Below, piece after piece: positions 39,181 through 53,109 of a DNA stretch of 64,000 nucleotides (positions are counted from its first letter, which is position 1; each line of letters opens with the position of its first letter). The position numbers and the translations under genes are program-made. The notes below the pieces were generated by a model that saw nothing but the letters and a program-made list of their open reading frames with translations, did not search any database and was not told where the DNA came from. The stretch lies in assembly GCA_037379345.1 (NCBI GenBank), contig CM074518.1:26412001-26476000 (forward strand). Reading direction: 5' to 3'. The stretch comes from Perna viridis (Eukaryota).

Positions 39181-41674
39181 AAACATATAGGCCCGAAAGC
39201 GGAATATCCCCCCACCGGATCAATATGAAATGCAAATGTTTAACCAAAGAGTGAATATATACTATGAAAGGACGGAATATATCACAGGGTACCAATGTTT
39301 ACGTTTATATAAGAAAGGACATTTCTAATATATGAAATAAAAACTAAGAGCAGTTCAAGTAGTTGTATTTCAAGTAGAATTATATTCGGGAACCTTTTTT
39401 TCTTCACAGATCCTACTGTAGTTTTGCCACTTAATTTTCGACTTAACCATTTTCAACAATTAACTCAATTGGAGATTTCGTTTTCTTATTTATAAAGTTT
39501 CTAGTGATCTGTAGGCGTGTTATTTTTCCCTTCGCCTTTTGTTGTCGAGGGAATAAAGCAAATTTAAAGTTTTTATTTTAAATTTGAAAACATATGCATG
39601 CAAATTTATATAGTAAGTTAATTGAAGAACACAAATGGAACAGGTGTTAGACTCTATTGCCCCCTCCCCACCTTAACCAGAGAATGTCGCATAAGATGTA
39701 TAATTCATTAACATGTTGCTATACACTTTACAGAAGACAGAGAACAATGCTAAAGGATATTGATTTAAAATCGACAATCGACAATTCAAACTTTTTGGAC
39801 ATCACTCATCATATTCTCCAAGGGTGAATCCAGGATTTCCCAATTTTAAAAGAGAAGGGAGGGGCGTACGCCCGACACGTCCGTCTTTGGATCCGCGCCT
39901 GTCTCCTTTTATGATGGTCAATTTTCCAGTTATGTTACTTTGATGTATCATAGGTAAGTTATGTATAACATATATGCAATTGTCCTTCCAATAAAAAAAT
40001 CAATATAAATCATCTAATACCGGCTATACACTTAATGTAGAAAAATGAAAAAAAAAGATCGAATCTAACCAAGGCTTAATATTGATATTTCACTTCTGGT
40101 GACCTTTGCTTCAATCTGTTAAATTGGTTATTTTGTCAGTTTTTACTTTTACTTCCTATACCTAGAAAAAAGAATGGACATTCCTGCAGTTTTTATTTTG
40201 GTCTTATCTCATCTTCTTAATAATAAATGTACCTTTTTATTTCTTCACATATATTTGCTCCTTTTGATGCATGCCTCCGGACATTTAAGCATAATTGTTA
40301 AACATTGCAGTATGCAAGAACTTTCTTATCTGTTAAAAGGAACGTTCAGGATGAAAATAATTTGTTAATGTTTGTTCCGAGTTAAAAATGGTATTGTTCT
40401 TATCAGCTGAAATGACCTAAAATGCCGATAAAATCTATTTTTAAAGCTATTATTATTAGACAAATAAATTATCTAAATACATGTATGAATTTGATTGAAG
40501 TAAAAAAGATTAATATCTTTTAAATATGGGAATACAGCCTCGATCGAGCATTTCAGGCGAGTCCTACACGATCAAATATTACAAACGTTGGTAGTGTGAT
40601 AGTTTACATAGTCGAGTTTACACATAGCTTTGTTAATTGGCAGAAATATGGTCACAATTAAAACATTCAAAAACACAAGCTGACAAGATTTTTTAAATTG
40701 TTAGGCCAGAACATCCCCAATAATAATACAATCAGAATAATTAAGTGTTCACTGTTTTTAATTTTAATTATGGACCGAGCAGTAACTCGGGGGTAATTCT
40801 GATTTGAATTTCAGTCCTTGCGTATATTCTAAAAAGTAAAAGAACAGAGATTACTATAAGGAACAGGTTATTTATGAACCGGAGACAAAGACTATTTAAT
40901 AAAAAAATAGCTCAACCTAACTAAAAAAAATAAAAGAATAGACACAGAAGCTAAAGAATTAATGATTAACCGATACACTTAAAACTGGAAGTGTTGATCA
41001 GGTGAACCTGTGCGATAAGCGGTATTTGCTCTTAAAAGAAATGGCACCAAACAAGTTGCTCATATGTCAAATCTGGTTAACGACGAAAGAGGGAATTACG
41101 TAATTGATGCCTGTTCTCTTGGTGGAATAGATCATTTGTTATCTACCCACATGTTCATGATGACGATACTCTGCTCTGTTAGATTATTTGTAAGACGGTT
41201 AGCACAGTACAAAACAATTCACGTGGCTTCGACAAGCTTTTGGGAATATAATGTAAAAAAAAAAAAAAAAAAAAAAAACGCTAAAGGAAAGCTGCCACAC
41301 GACAAATTTCCAACTGACCAATTAATGGGAACTCATTACGTTTGTCGTATAGTTTAGTAATAAGTAATTCTACGCAGCGTTTGTAATACACTCTTTCTGA
41401 AGTTTTTGGGCTATATGCAATGTAAAATAATCACCGAATCTAAGATTATTCTATGATAGAACGTCATCTATATGAAGATCTAAACGTATGACAGTTCTTT
41501 GAGAGTAACTGTCAAAGTTTTCCTCTAAAATGCCCCATCAATCCACTTAAAATTCAGCGCCATACATAATCCTTTTGTATACCTGAGCATCAAAATTAAA
41601 AGGATAATTCAGAGACACCAATTCAACTCATAGTATATACATAGCCAAATCGTTAAAACAGGAAAAATTAGACA

Positions 41675-42140
41675 CATTACACCAGAGCTTGCCGTAACAC
41701 TACACATACTTTTTGTACCGCGCTAGACTTCTTACAATTAGGCTTCTGGCACAGGGTGTTGTTGCTACAAGATTGAAGTCATCACTACAGAAGTTTAATG
41801 GTCGTCATCATGAACTCATCGATCATTACGGTACCGGTGGATCCATCTGCACAATTAAAACCGATTTGTTCAACGAGTCATAGTTGTCCCTTCCTCTTTC
41901 GTCTGCACTTGACTTAACTTTTATGGGAAACTCGGCGGATGTTTCTAGAAAAGCACAGGACTCTTACCTTGCCGGTGAACCCGATCCATGCTTCTAGTGG
42001 AGTCCGGGTTGCTCATTTACTTTTGCTTCTTTGTACGTGTTAGTTTTGGTGATTTCATGTTCTTTATTTTCCCTGTCTAGTCTTTATTCTTGGAATACAT
42101 TCATTTAATTACGGCTTTAACTTTGATTCACTGGTTTACT
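41675..42140 (+). mobile_element. Penelope-like 3' fragment
   Basis: RAC...ARLLTIRLLAQG..RLKSSLQKF.GRHHEL remnant plus family 3' UTR. Confidence 0.8.
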
Positions 42141-42470
42141 TTAGCACTACGTGGCACTTCATTTGTTTCAATCGTTTTGTGTTTTTTTTTTTTCAATTTG
42201 ATCACATTTCAAGAATTTGAACCAGACTCAACTATAGTCACGTTTATTTTGACACGAGATCGTATATTTAAATCAGACAGGTGGAGAGTATGCTTACCCT
42301 TCCGTTTCAGCTAGTCCATGCTCCCAGTTTTTAAGGGAGTCCTAGATGCTTGTTTACTTTTTGTTTGTACGTATTATCTTGGTTATTTTATGTTCTTTGT
42401 TGTGTGTGTCTATTTTGTCTGTCAGGTCTTTGTCATTGGTTACAGTTTAGTTTGTTTCATTTATTGCTAT

Positions 42471-43160
42471 ATAGAACTTGAGATAAAGGATACTACAGAC
42501 ACTGTGAAGTCAGCCTCATATCTTGACCTACACTTAGAAATCGATGGTAAAGAAAAACTATTGACCAAACTTTGCGACAAACATGATGACTTTTCATTCA
42601 GAATTGTCAACTTTCCTTTCAGCTGTGGCAACATCCCTTCGGCTCCTGCGTATGGAGTGTTCATATCACAACTCATACGTTATGCCAGAGCTTGCCGAAA
42701 CGACGCAGACTTTTTGTATCGCAATAAAACTCTAACAAATAGGCTTCTGGAACAGGGTTATGTTGCTACAAGATTGAAGTAATCACTACAGAAGTTTTAT
42801 GGTCGTCATCATGAACTCGTGGATCGTTATGGTGTATCCATCAGCACCATGAAAACTGATTTATTCAACGGGTCATAGTTTTCCTTTCCTCGTTTGTCTA
42901 CCCCGGACTTGACTTTTTATGAGCAACTCGGCGGGTGTTTCTAGAAAAGCAGAGGACGCTTACCTTCCGGTGCACCTGGTCCATGCTCCCAGTTTTTAAC
43001 GGAGTCCGAGTTGCTCATTTACTCTTGTTACTTTGTATGTATGATTTTAGTTACTTTATAATCTTTGTTGTGTATGTCTGTTTTCCATATCTGGTCTTTG
43101 TCCCTGGATTACATTCATTTGATTACCGCTATAACCTTGGTTCCTTTGATTACTCTTTCA
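42471..43160 (+). mobile_element. Penelope-like (Naiad-type) RT C-terminal fragment plus 3' UTR; the least decayed copy in the window
   Basis: ELEIKDTTDTVKSASYLDLHLEID...DK.DDFSFRIVNFPF..GNIPSAPAYGVFISQLIRYARAC; premature stop at 42780; no C-terminal GIY-YIG after the RT. Confidence 0.85.
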
Positions 43161-43689
43161 ATAGTTTATTTTTTGTATTTTTTGTTGTTTGTTCAATAAC
43201 TTGTCTATTTTTCGTTGAATGAATTCCGTATAATGTTACATAATCTGAAGAAAGAAAGAAAGAAAGAAATAGAAAGCATCGATGAGTTCTACCTGTACCA
43301 CCTTATTTATTATAAGAAACAGTCCTCATTGTTTTAGTTAATTCAGCTAATCCGAATTATTTGCTTTGCAATTTTTTGTGAATAATATTTGATACATAAT
43401 TCATGTCAGCGGGTTGGTGAATATCCTCAGGGACTTATGCATGTGATCATCATGTACATTGACAAAGTCTTGAGGAGTCTTTGTCTTTAATGGAGCTCAA
43501 TTTTATAATTTTAATATTTTTAAAGAAATTCAGGGATGATTTGAAACAAACACTATTAAACTATTTTCCACCTTAAAATATCAGGTTTATGCACTCTCAG
43601 TTCATATTCTGCAAACAAGGAATAATCAATCATCCAAGACCCTGTTTTTCCAAAAAGTTTATTAACCTCATCATCAAGCACCAGTCAAT

Positions 43690-45020
43690 CTATTTGTGTT
43701 TTTGTAAATCATACAAGTGTTTCTCATCAATAACTTTCAAAAGTTTATCTTCCAAGAAAAATAATGGTATTTCAATAATCTTTCTAATTTTCTCTAATAA
43801 TAGTGCCTTCAAATGCCGTTTCTTACTTAGCCATATTTTATCATTATGGGTTAGTTCTTTCTTGTAGTAGCCCAAACCACTCATTACGTTAATTTCTGGA
43901 ATGAAGAAATGTGGACAAATCTGTTTTTCAATACATAATTTCAGAACTTCAAAAAACACTGTAAAACACATTCCAGGATTTTTGGAAAATTGTTCTGGGT
44001 CACGAGTTTCGCACAGCCACAAAAAGATAGTTTTTATATGGTATGATGTCAATCCGATACGTGATTCACCGCTCTCAAACAATCCATAACTAAGATATTT
44101 TGTCTTAATCAATTTAATGATGACGAACAAATATCGTTGATGAAAAGTAAACTTCTTCGCGAGCTCTTGCTCTGATAAGGAAAACGTTATCTTCCACTGT
44201 AATGTAAAAGCCATAAGTGACGCTCTATGCGTTAGTAAACAACCGCCTTTAACAATTTCTTCAACCACGGATCTATCTGGCCATTTCCGTTCTCGATTCC
44301 GGAAGTTAGATATGGAATGAGGCCATGGAGCTTTAAGAGCGAAGACTTTATCAACTAAAACTCTGAAAGTCAACTCTTTGTCATCGAGAATCTTTTTTTG
44401 TTCGTCAGTTCTAAATGTTCGATAAAGGGGTAACATTTCAACTTTACGTACGTCATCTATTTCTGTCTCACCTAAAATACTTGGCCCGTCCCTTTCCGGA
44501 ATAAAGCAAGTAAATCCTAGAGTTTTCAAATATGTTTTATCGTTTTCTAACTGATTAAAGAATTTGTATCGTTCATTTTCATTTACTTTATCAACGTTAT
44601 GTGTTACCTCAAGAAGACACGAACCGATTGGCATCGTACGTATTGGTTCTGGATCTATTTGTACTGTAACTATGGGTGAGTTCGTACTTGGCAGAACAAC
44701 ATGTGGTATTTCTCTATTGTAAAGTACATCTAACTCAAGCAAGAAAGAACCATCTTCATTTTTTTCTGGAACATACAAGCCGTTCCCAACGCTTCCTACC
44801 ACAGTTACTGAGTCGTGTTGTCTTTGGTTTCTGTAAGTAGCTACTTTATCATTGACATATCTTAGAAGTGGTTGAATCTCTTTAACATTACCATCAGCTA
44901 GACTCATTAGTGAATATAACTTAGCATTAAGACTATCGAATGTCTTATTTTTTATTTCTAAGTCAAACTTGAACTCTTTAATTAAATCAGGCACGTTAAC
45001 GATTGTATGACTCCTTTGAT
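43690..45020 (-). CDS. Mab-21 domain / cGAS-like receptor (cGLR) nucleotidyltransferase, main coding exon
   Basis: VGS...ELD NTase motif, third acidic residue in VDKVFAL, WP...R.RKWP....EIVKGGCLL, WKITFSLSEQEL, LTSYHIKTIFLWLCE, CPHFFIPEINVM. A poly-T/CAG acceptor at 45021 means the ORF's Met at 45051 is probably intronic. Confidence 0.92.
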
Positions 45021-46621
45021 CTGAAAAAAAAAAAAATTTAAAAAATGTCATCGAGAGAAGAATCTGGTATGTAAGGTTAGAAAAATGAAGTGGCTAACAA
45101 TTCTAAAGTCTCGTGATCAACTCATGATTATCTACATTTCAGTATTAACAGTTCTTTAAGTGTTAATCTACTCATACCCAAAAACCCCACTTCAATCGCC
45201 CATTCCGAATTAATATTTTCTATCGCTCCTAATGTATTTATATTTTATTACCTATTCCTTGAATTTCAGACGATATTTTACATTCATTCGTTTTGTAAGG
45301 TTTTTGGTATACACAAATGGTAATCAAGGAGGCCAAGATTCGAGCGGAAATCAAAAGAATATAATCCAAGAAAAAAACAGGGAAAACAGACAAAGACAAA
45401 TAAAACAAAGAACATGGAATGGCCGAAATAACATACACAAAGAAACAAAAGTAAACTGAGTTAATTTATTGATAATGCATTGGTGCAGAACCAGTAGGTG
45501 GTATAGGTATCAGTCTTGTATTACATATTCCTGAGCGGGTGTACTTCAAAACATGGAGGCTAAAACAAATATACTGCGCTTTCGTTTTGAATTTTCATTT
45601 TGTTTTTCGCAAATGATCATTTTAAAAAGTACAGGGTACATTTCAAGCTATGACACAAAAAACTTGTTTCTGAGGAAAAACAGTATTTTCATGAAAAATA
45701 ATGTTTCAAAAAAGGGGTCTATTTTATAAACTCATAATAAAAGTGAAAGTAGAAAAAGTCTATTTTTAGTTTGACCTGTTCTGATGTACTAAAGTTCGTC
45801 CCTTTCTTTCTAAAATGGACCTAAAAATCATTTTTGATATTTTCGTAATGGAACAATATGGTCAACAGTTCGATTGAAACTCCTTGTCTACTTAAAAAAA
45901 AATAATGAAAATTTAATGTATACTATAAGACTGAGACCTATACTCAATTCTAAGTTCCTGTTAGTGCCAGATTATAATTGCTCAAGTGCGTCTGGCATAA
46001 ACAGAAATACCAATTGCCCATCCATTTGGATGTCTGTAATATGAAATTTAAAAAGTATTCCCAGAAAGAAGAATTTGGGGAGTCAGTTGCCTTAATTGGA
46101 TAGAGGCGGGTTGTGTAAAACAAAACAGTCATTTTGTATCCTGAAATGTTTCAAGCGTTTCCTATAATGAATAGATATCAGAATAGTAAGTGAGCTACTT
46201 TGACCCCTATGCTTCTCCCTGCATTGCCTCTCCACACTCCATTGTCAACGCAAAATGCCATACCAACACATTTAATGATCACTTCACCTCATTTATGCAT
46301 GGTCTTTTTCTTTTTAAAGGGATTCGATAGTACAATATTTAACAACGATAATGACTAACAGCATGTTAGACAATTTTACGCATTCCGTCTTTTTGCAAAG
46401 CATACCATGTACATCACCTAAAAGCCTCGCTGCATACGTTAAAGGACATGACTGTTGAGGTCAATTCATTGACAACAGACCACATAGTCTATTATCTGGG
46501 ACTATTCTTTTCGATTCCATATAGCACACATTCAAAAGACATGGTTAATTGATATTTCTGCTTATGTAAGATGCACTTGAACAATAATCTGGCACTTAAT
46601 GAAACTTAGAATTAAGTATAC

Positions 46622-46700
46622 CTCCTGGTTCTGTACTGTTGCAGTAACAATGAGTGAAGAAAATGTTTAATGAGGGTTCTTTCTTACATTCAAGCACCAT
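46622..46700 (-). CDS. Candidate first coding exon of the cGLR (MVLECKKEPSLNIFFTHCYCNSTEPG)
   Basis: Phase-1 donor G|GTATAC matches the phase-1 acceptor at 45020; no homology support. Confidence 0.3.
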
Positions 46701-49700
46701 CAGCGCATCTATATATTTTCATTATTCTCTTCGTTTATCCATAATTGCATTGGAGTAAAGAATCGCCATTTACATTTTGAGAAAGCCTCTACTACTGGAA
46801 TAGGTAGGCTATGCAGATTTTTCTTGCAAAACGAAATTGGCAATTTATCAAGGGTATCCTGTAATACATAGCTATCTGAATAATTAAAGAGGGACGTATC
46901 ATTGCCTTTTATCTTAAACGATATTTGGCTGAATTTACTTGCCAACACTCTGGTATTTACATGGTTTTTGAATAACACGAAGTTGCTCTAAAAAGAATCC
47001 CTACATCACCAAACTAAACGTTACGTATACAATAGTAAGCAAAAAGAGAACGCCACAATAAATCAAAATTTGACTTTGCATTTTTTTTATAAGCCCGACT
47101 GTAAGGTTTGTGAATGAATATATTAACTTACCAAGTGAAGCACGTTCTGTCTGGAAATCATTAAGGTGATCGTTTATTCCTCCGTAAACTGTCTGTTCCC
47201 TAGCCATCACATTTAGTAAATACAATTGATACGTAAACGCAGATTGTTTACAGTTTGTTTTTGCACGATACTATTTACATAGATAGTAAAGTATAATATA
47301 CTTCCTGATATAGACTTGTTACTAGTCCCTCTTTATTACATATATATGACATAGAAAATCTATGTAATCTACCTCTCTGATAACATCACTACTTATGTCC
47401 GTGAAATGATTTGTAGATTTGCTATTAAAGGGATAAATGCAATCAATAAACTTTTTCATATATTCTTTAATATAAAGCGAGGGACTTGTAGCAAGTCTAT
47501 TCCTGATACATAAAACTAATCATAAAGACTAAAGTGGGTTCATAGATCAACTAAGGTGCTGGTATTAGTCCACAAAAAGAACTTCAAGTTAAGAGAGAGT
47601 GGTTTCATTTACGCCTGTCGTTCATCATATCACTTGTAAACTGTGTAATTCTTGTTGATGGCAAAGTTTTACAGAAACATGTAGCTGAAAAATACGTTAA
47701 ATGATAACTGCTATGGCGATCGTGTTTCCGCACTAGTTAAGTAGCACTCCAGCTAAGAATCTTGCAAAATGTGATTCATGGTTGGAACGCCTACATATTT
47801 TTATTTTTGATATTTTGTTTAAAATGCTTTAGTAAACAAAAATTAACATTTGGTTTTTCATATAACCTGTGCTCATAGGAGATAAAAAATGTATAGAATG
47901 CACTGTATAATTAAAAATTTACTGAGATAACTCTGTGAATGACATTCAAATATAATAGAATCTATTGGATTTTCAATGTTGATTATCTCCTAAGAGCAGG
48001 AAGACTTGAATGAATAAATACCCATTTCATAATATAGACCCATAAAACAACTTGAGTACAAAAATAAAAATATGTAGCCTTTTTTTGGGGTGTATCACTT
48101 TCTTTCAGATTTTGCATGATTCTTACAAAGACAGCTACTTAAATAAAAACTAAATTTCAAAGCAAATGTGTCATAACTAGCAATGTATAACTATTTTCTT
48201 CGCAAAATGAACTTAAGTTTATAAAGACGCCAATCGTGTTCAACAATAAACAGAGATATCGTTTACAAAAATATAATCAATTAAAAGTGACAGTTTATAA
48301 GGGAGCGGTCAATATAATCATTATATTGCTGGGCTGGTGCAGTTGTATACTGGACACTTTTTCATAATTTTACAGATGGGGAGAAAGACTTTTTAAAATT
48401 GCACAGGTGCTTTAAAACTGAAATTATTAAAAAAGAACAATAAATCAACAACAAATATACATGAAAAGCTAATTATGTAAGTACGGTAGGAATGTTGCAT
48501 GCATACACTAAAGTTTTTAGATATATTTTATGTAGATACATACATATGTCTCGTTGCAAAACAGTTTCAACAATAAAGAAAATGTTGATTGCAAATGAAT
48601 CTATTCAATGAAAAATGTAAAATATCATGCTGGGCAACTCGTTTCCTGTTCTGTTTTGACGGTTAATTGGCCCTTAGGTCTTTATCTGATGGATCTGCTG
48701 GGTATCTCGATATTTTTGAAGAGAAGGAAAATAGTACCAGCCAAGTACCTCGGCGTAGAACGGCCCCTGAACATTCTTCACCATTTGATATCATTCTATG
48801 CGAATAGTGTAAGCATTTTCAGTAAATTGAACATGGATTTAAAGATTTATCACCCAGTGTTTAATCTGAAATAAATCTAATAATATAATGGTAAGTAATG
48901 TCAAAACTGTATTAAAACCCGAGTCTTTACCTTTTTCAAGAATGATTTGATGAATGAAAATATTTAGTGTGTTTCTTTTCAAAATTTGAACTTTGTTTTC
49001 TTGTAATGAACATGGCAGTGTAAATATTTGACATTAAGTTTTCTTGAGATTGACGGAATACAGTGTTCTTGCGTTTCTTTGTCGGTTCAACAACAGCAAA
49101 CACTTGTTATTAGTCTATATACTTGAATGTCCATGAAACTATGCGTGCTTCAACGATTCTTGAATGCCAACCATTTTATCAGTACTGAAACAAGTCGGTG
49201 TTTGAGTATGGACAACACATCTAACTTTACGTTTTGATAAAATGTTAACCATGAATGAAACACACGGTACAAAAACTGTTGATAAAGTCACCCCACTTGC
49301 TCACCAGTCTTGAGAAGAATTTGACAGAAAACATGTTTCCTTTTTATACATATATACAAATGATGTTTTACTTGGAAACTAAATCGGTAGCAATTGATGA
49401 AAAGTTTGAAGAATGCCATCACATGTCAAGTGAGATTAGTTTACTTAAAATTAGATATTCTACGTTAAAATATATAATCGCCAGGAGGCAATAGAACAAT
49501 AGACATATAGAACAAAGGCAACATTGACAGTATGCAAAAAGATTTTCCTAGTATCACAACTGATTCTGTTCAAAACTTGAACTTGAACCTCATTAATTGC
49601 AAGGCTATGTTCATCATAACGCCAACTTAGGTCAAAAATTCTTCGCTCTCTTTATCGAAATAACACACATAATTAAAACGATACACCCATACTTATTTTT

Positions 49701-50099
49701 ATACCATATTTCATATGTAAACTTGGAGAGTTGAACCAAAAAAAAACTTCAGGAAACATTGTAACGAAAAATATAGGATATTGTTAAGCAGAACGGAAAA
49801 GTTGGGAAAACGAAGGAAAGGAAATGAATGAAGCTGACAAATATCAAAGTCTCACATTAATATCAATTACGAAGTAACTAGGAAGAAATGGTTCAAATCG
49901 AGGTACGAAATGGAGAGAAATTTGCATTATGCCTTTTACATACAGTAATAATGCATGTTTTGTATGCGTATTTTTCACATGACATTTCTTTGCATATTAG
50001 TTTTTGACTTTACCACAGGTACAATAATGCTTTCAACAACAATGTGTACGTTATTCCTAAATAAGGGGAACAACAAAACTACCGAACAGTAATCTGATT

Positions 50100-50985
50100 C
50101 ATAATCCAGTCAATTCCAAAATAAATCTGGCAAAATAGATATTACAATATTACACCACCGGAGCAGCTGGTACCGCAATGGTCCTAAATTGGTAGGGGAA
50201 CTTCAACTGAAGTGGTAGGTTAAATCCAGGTTTTACAGCGCGCTAAACCTCCCTCTTCCATTGCGGCGTAATTGTACCAGTGGTGATTCAAAAGCATTTG
50301 CATGTTATTGACATCATCGGTAAGTCAGTGGTCACATCAGCACAAAGAACAATTTACAAAAAACAATCATGACTCATTGTTTTAGAAGAAACGGAGTTTT
50401 TCAACCAAGGACTGGTATCTCAAAACGAATTTGGTAAGAGACCTTTTAAGACGCATTTTCTCACCCCCCCTTGATTTAGGAGCATGTTACGCAGATATTT
50501 ATGGTGTTGAAAGAAATCAGAGTAGTTAGTCTTGGCTCTAATGTAGTGAATCAATTGTTAAATATAAACACCATATGCAGGAGATGAAGGTATATTGCCT
50601 CACAGATAAAGAAAATTTATGATATTAAAATGAAAGTCGTCTCTTTTATCATAAATGTTAGTGTGGAGATGACCACTGTTGTTAAAAAAAAAATCAGAAC
50701 AGGCTGTTTCTGTGGTCTCCTTTATCTCGAGCTGTGGTGGATATATATTGACGATAACCATTTTCCAAAAGAAGGGTTGTTGACGGACAATACATCATCA
50801 ATATATCTGTATGTAAAGTTAAAGGATTTAGCATCTTTTAAATTTGTATTCTTATGAAGAATTTCAGTCTCGTATGAATATATAAACAAATCGGCTAGGA
50901 GAGGAGCACAGTTAGTACCCACTGGAATGCCAACTTGTGGTTGAAAAATACTCCTTCAAATGAGACAAATATGTTATCAGAATCA
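50100..50985 (-). mobile_element. Decayed Penelope-like RT, second subfamily
   Basis: GIPxGTNCAPLLADLFIYSYE...FNFTYRYIDDVLSVNN...ELEIKETT...GNIPSSPAYGVYI, with frameshifts. Confidence 0.85.
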
Positions 50986-52117
50986 GATTTTAAGAGTAAA
51001 ATGAGTACGAGGTACGTTGAAGATTCACCTTTAATTTATCGCATTAACATATGAGTGTACCACCCCTAGAAGCTTTAATTAATTGTTTGAAATTTATTTT
51101 GGACTTGTTTTGGTTATGAAAAAGACCCTCATATTTCCTACAAAAAATTTTTTCCAGAGAAGTATCAGTTATTGACGTAACCTACGTATTAACAGTATTA
51201 TTATTAACATATATTGATTGAGCAATCACATAAATTAGGTTTGTTACTCTTTTACCACAAACACTAAAATATTTAATTGAAGTCTCTTAATACGTGCATG
51301 TTCTTTTATTTTTTAACATATTTAAAAGGACATCGTTCTTAACATTTGTACACATTTTGTATTTAACCATTGAATTATTTATACTATAAACAGGTAAGTA
51401 TAAAAAAGGGGGCGTTTTATGACAACAGTTATCTTTCCTCGATTATATTGCTTTTTTTATTTTTATATTTTCATCATCGTTTATTGTTTTTTTATAATTA
51501 TTTTTGTAAATTAATCGTAATTTTATTGTCTTTGTGTAATAACGTCAAATTGAATGGGCATTTTGAATAGATTTTAAATTTTGATTTGATTTTCTCCTTG
51601 CGATGTTCGATTGAATGTGTAATTAGAATAGACGTCTCACGGATTAGACAGACGTTTGAAACTTTCAATTTTACTGGTGATTTCAATAGCACATGTATTG
51701 ATTTTTAACCGTTTTTATTCTGCTTTATGAATACAGTACAGGTGTAAGGACGTGTTGTGCGTCTTGGTTACCACTAAGAAATTATTTTTTTTATCATTGT
51801 TTTAATTATTTTTGTTTTAATATTTTTTGTATTCAGTTTGAATAATTAATGTTTCTATTTTGACTAACGTCTAAAGATTATACTGACTATCGTAAGGTTT
51901 ATACGTTGTACATTTGGAACGTTAAGAGCTTTTGAATGGTGTATTGCCTTTCATTTTTATTATAATTTGATTTTTATAGTCGACTAATTCATCACCTATA
52001 ACAGATGAATTCTACCTTTTCATTTTTATGGGGCTCTATCGGGTAAACCGATTTTTTTACATACTTTCAAGTTTTACTCGCGTGTACTTGACATGATGTT
52101 ATGAAAGATTTATTGTT

Positions 52118-52450
52118 GGTTAAGGTTAGAGCTAGGGTTAGAGTTAGACTTAGGGTTAGGGTTAAAATTAGGGTTACGGTTAGGGCTAGGGCTAGAGTTT
52201 GAGTTAGGGTAAGGGTTGGAATTAGGGTTAGGATTATAGTTAGGGTTAGAGTCGGGGTTAGGGTTAGGGTTAGGGTTAGGGCTAGGGTTAGGGCTAGAGT
52301 TAGGGTTAGGGCTAGAATTAGAGTAAGAGTTAGGGTTAGAATTAGGGTAGGAGTAAGAATCAATGTTAGGGTTAGTGTTAAAACAGAAAACTACCATAAC
52401 AGAGTTTAAAGTTTGGGTAAGAGTCAAGGTTAGTGTTATTGTTTGGGTCA
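52118..52450 (+). repeat. Degenerate interstitial telomere-like (TTAGGG)n array
   Basis: 6-bp periodic TTAGGG/CTAGGG/TTAGAG units; four perfect copies at 52258-52281. Confidence 0.92.
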
Positions 52451-53109
52451 AGAAATAAGACTAGACTCCTACATAGAAGTAGTATCTTGGAATAGGTTGA
52501 GGCTTCAACTTAGTTAATTGGCTGCTTACGTTATGGTTTACGTTTGGAAAAGATCAATATCAACATAGTTGTAATAGGAGGAGAACGAGCTACAGTTTGA
52601 TTCATATTATGGAACGAACAATAACTAGTGTTAGACGCAAGGAAAGGATGAAGGAGCGGACAACTACATGAATGATAATAAACAAATATTAAGTTTTATG
52701 GTAAGGGAAATTTCAATAGTACGTATTTTATCTGAAATTGAAGCTCAATGAAACACGTGATATAGTATCATAACAATTAAATATAGAGAAGATTGATCTA
52801 AGCCCTAAGATCTAACTTTATAAAAAAAAAATAACAATAACAAATATATATATATATATATATATATACAATATGAGACAGTTGGTAATTTAAGAAGGAA
52901 ATCACATCATTGAAAGTAACGGGGCGGTAAAAACCAAGCTATAACAGACAGTAACCAAGTTCATGCCTTTGGAATCGATAATACCCCACTTAAAGTAACA
53001 GACGTCAAGTTACTTAGGAGAAGACAACGTGAAATAAAGTTGCGGAAAAAAACAAACTAAATCTTGACCTTCCGATTTAAACTTGAAAAGTAAACACGAC
53101 AAAAATGAA

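Noticed and set aside
45021-45051. MTFFKFFFFS as the cGLR N-terminus
   Set aside because: It is the polypyrimidine tract and CAG of an intron acceptor.
50281-50325. SECIS-like ATGA..AAA..TGA in a PLE 3' UTR (minus strand), of interest because some Naiad elements encode selenoproteins
   Set aside because: The 3' arm is too short to form helix II and the copy is too decayed to judge; this would need a SECISearch run on the family consensus.
52067-52451. ORFs with (LT)n and (PN)n peptides
   Set aside because: Translation artefacts of the CCCTAA repeat.
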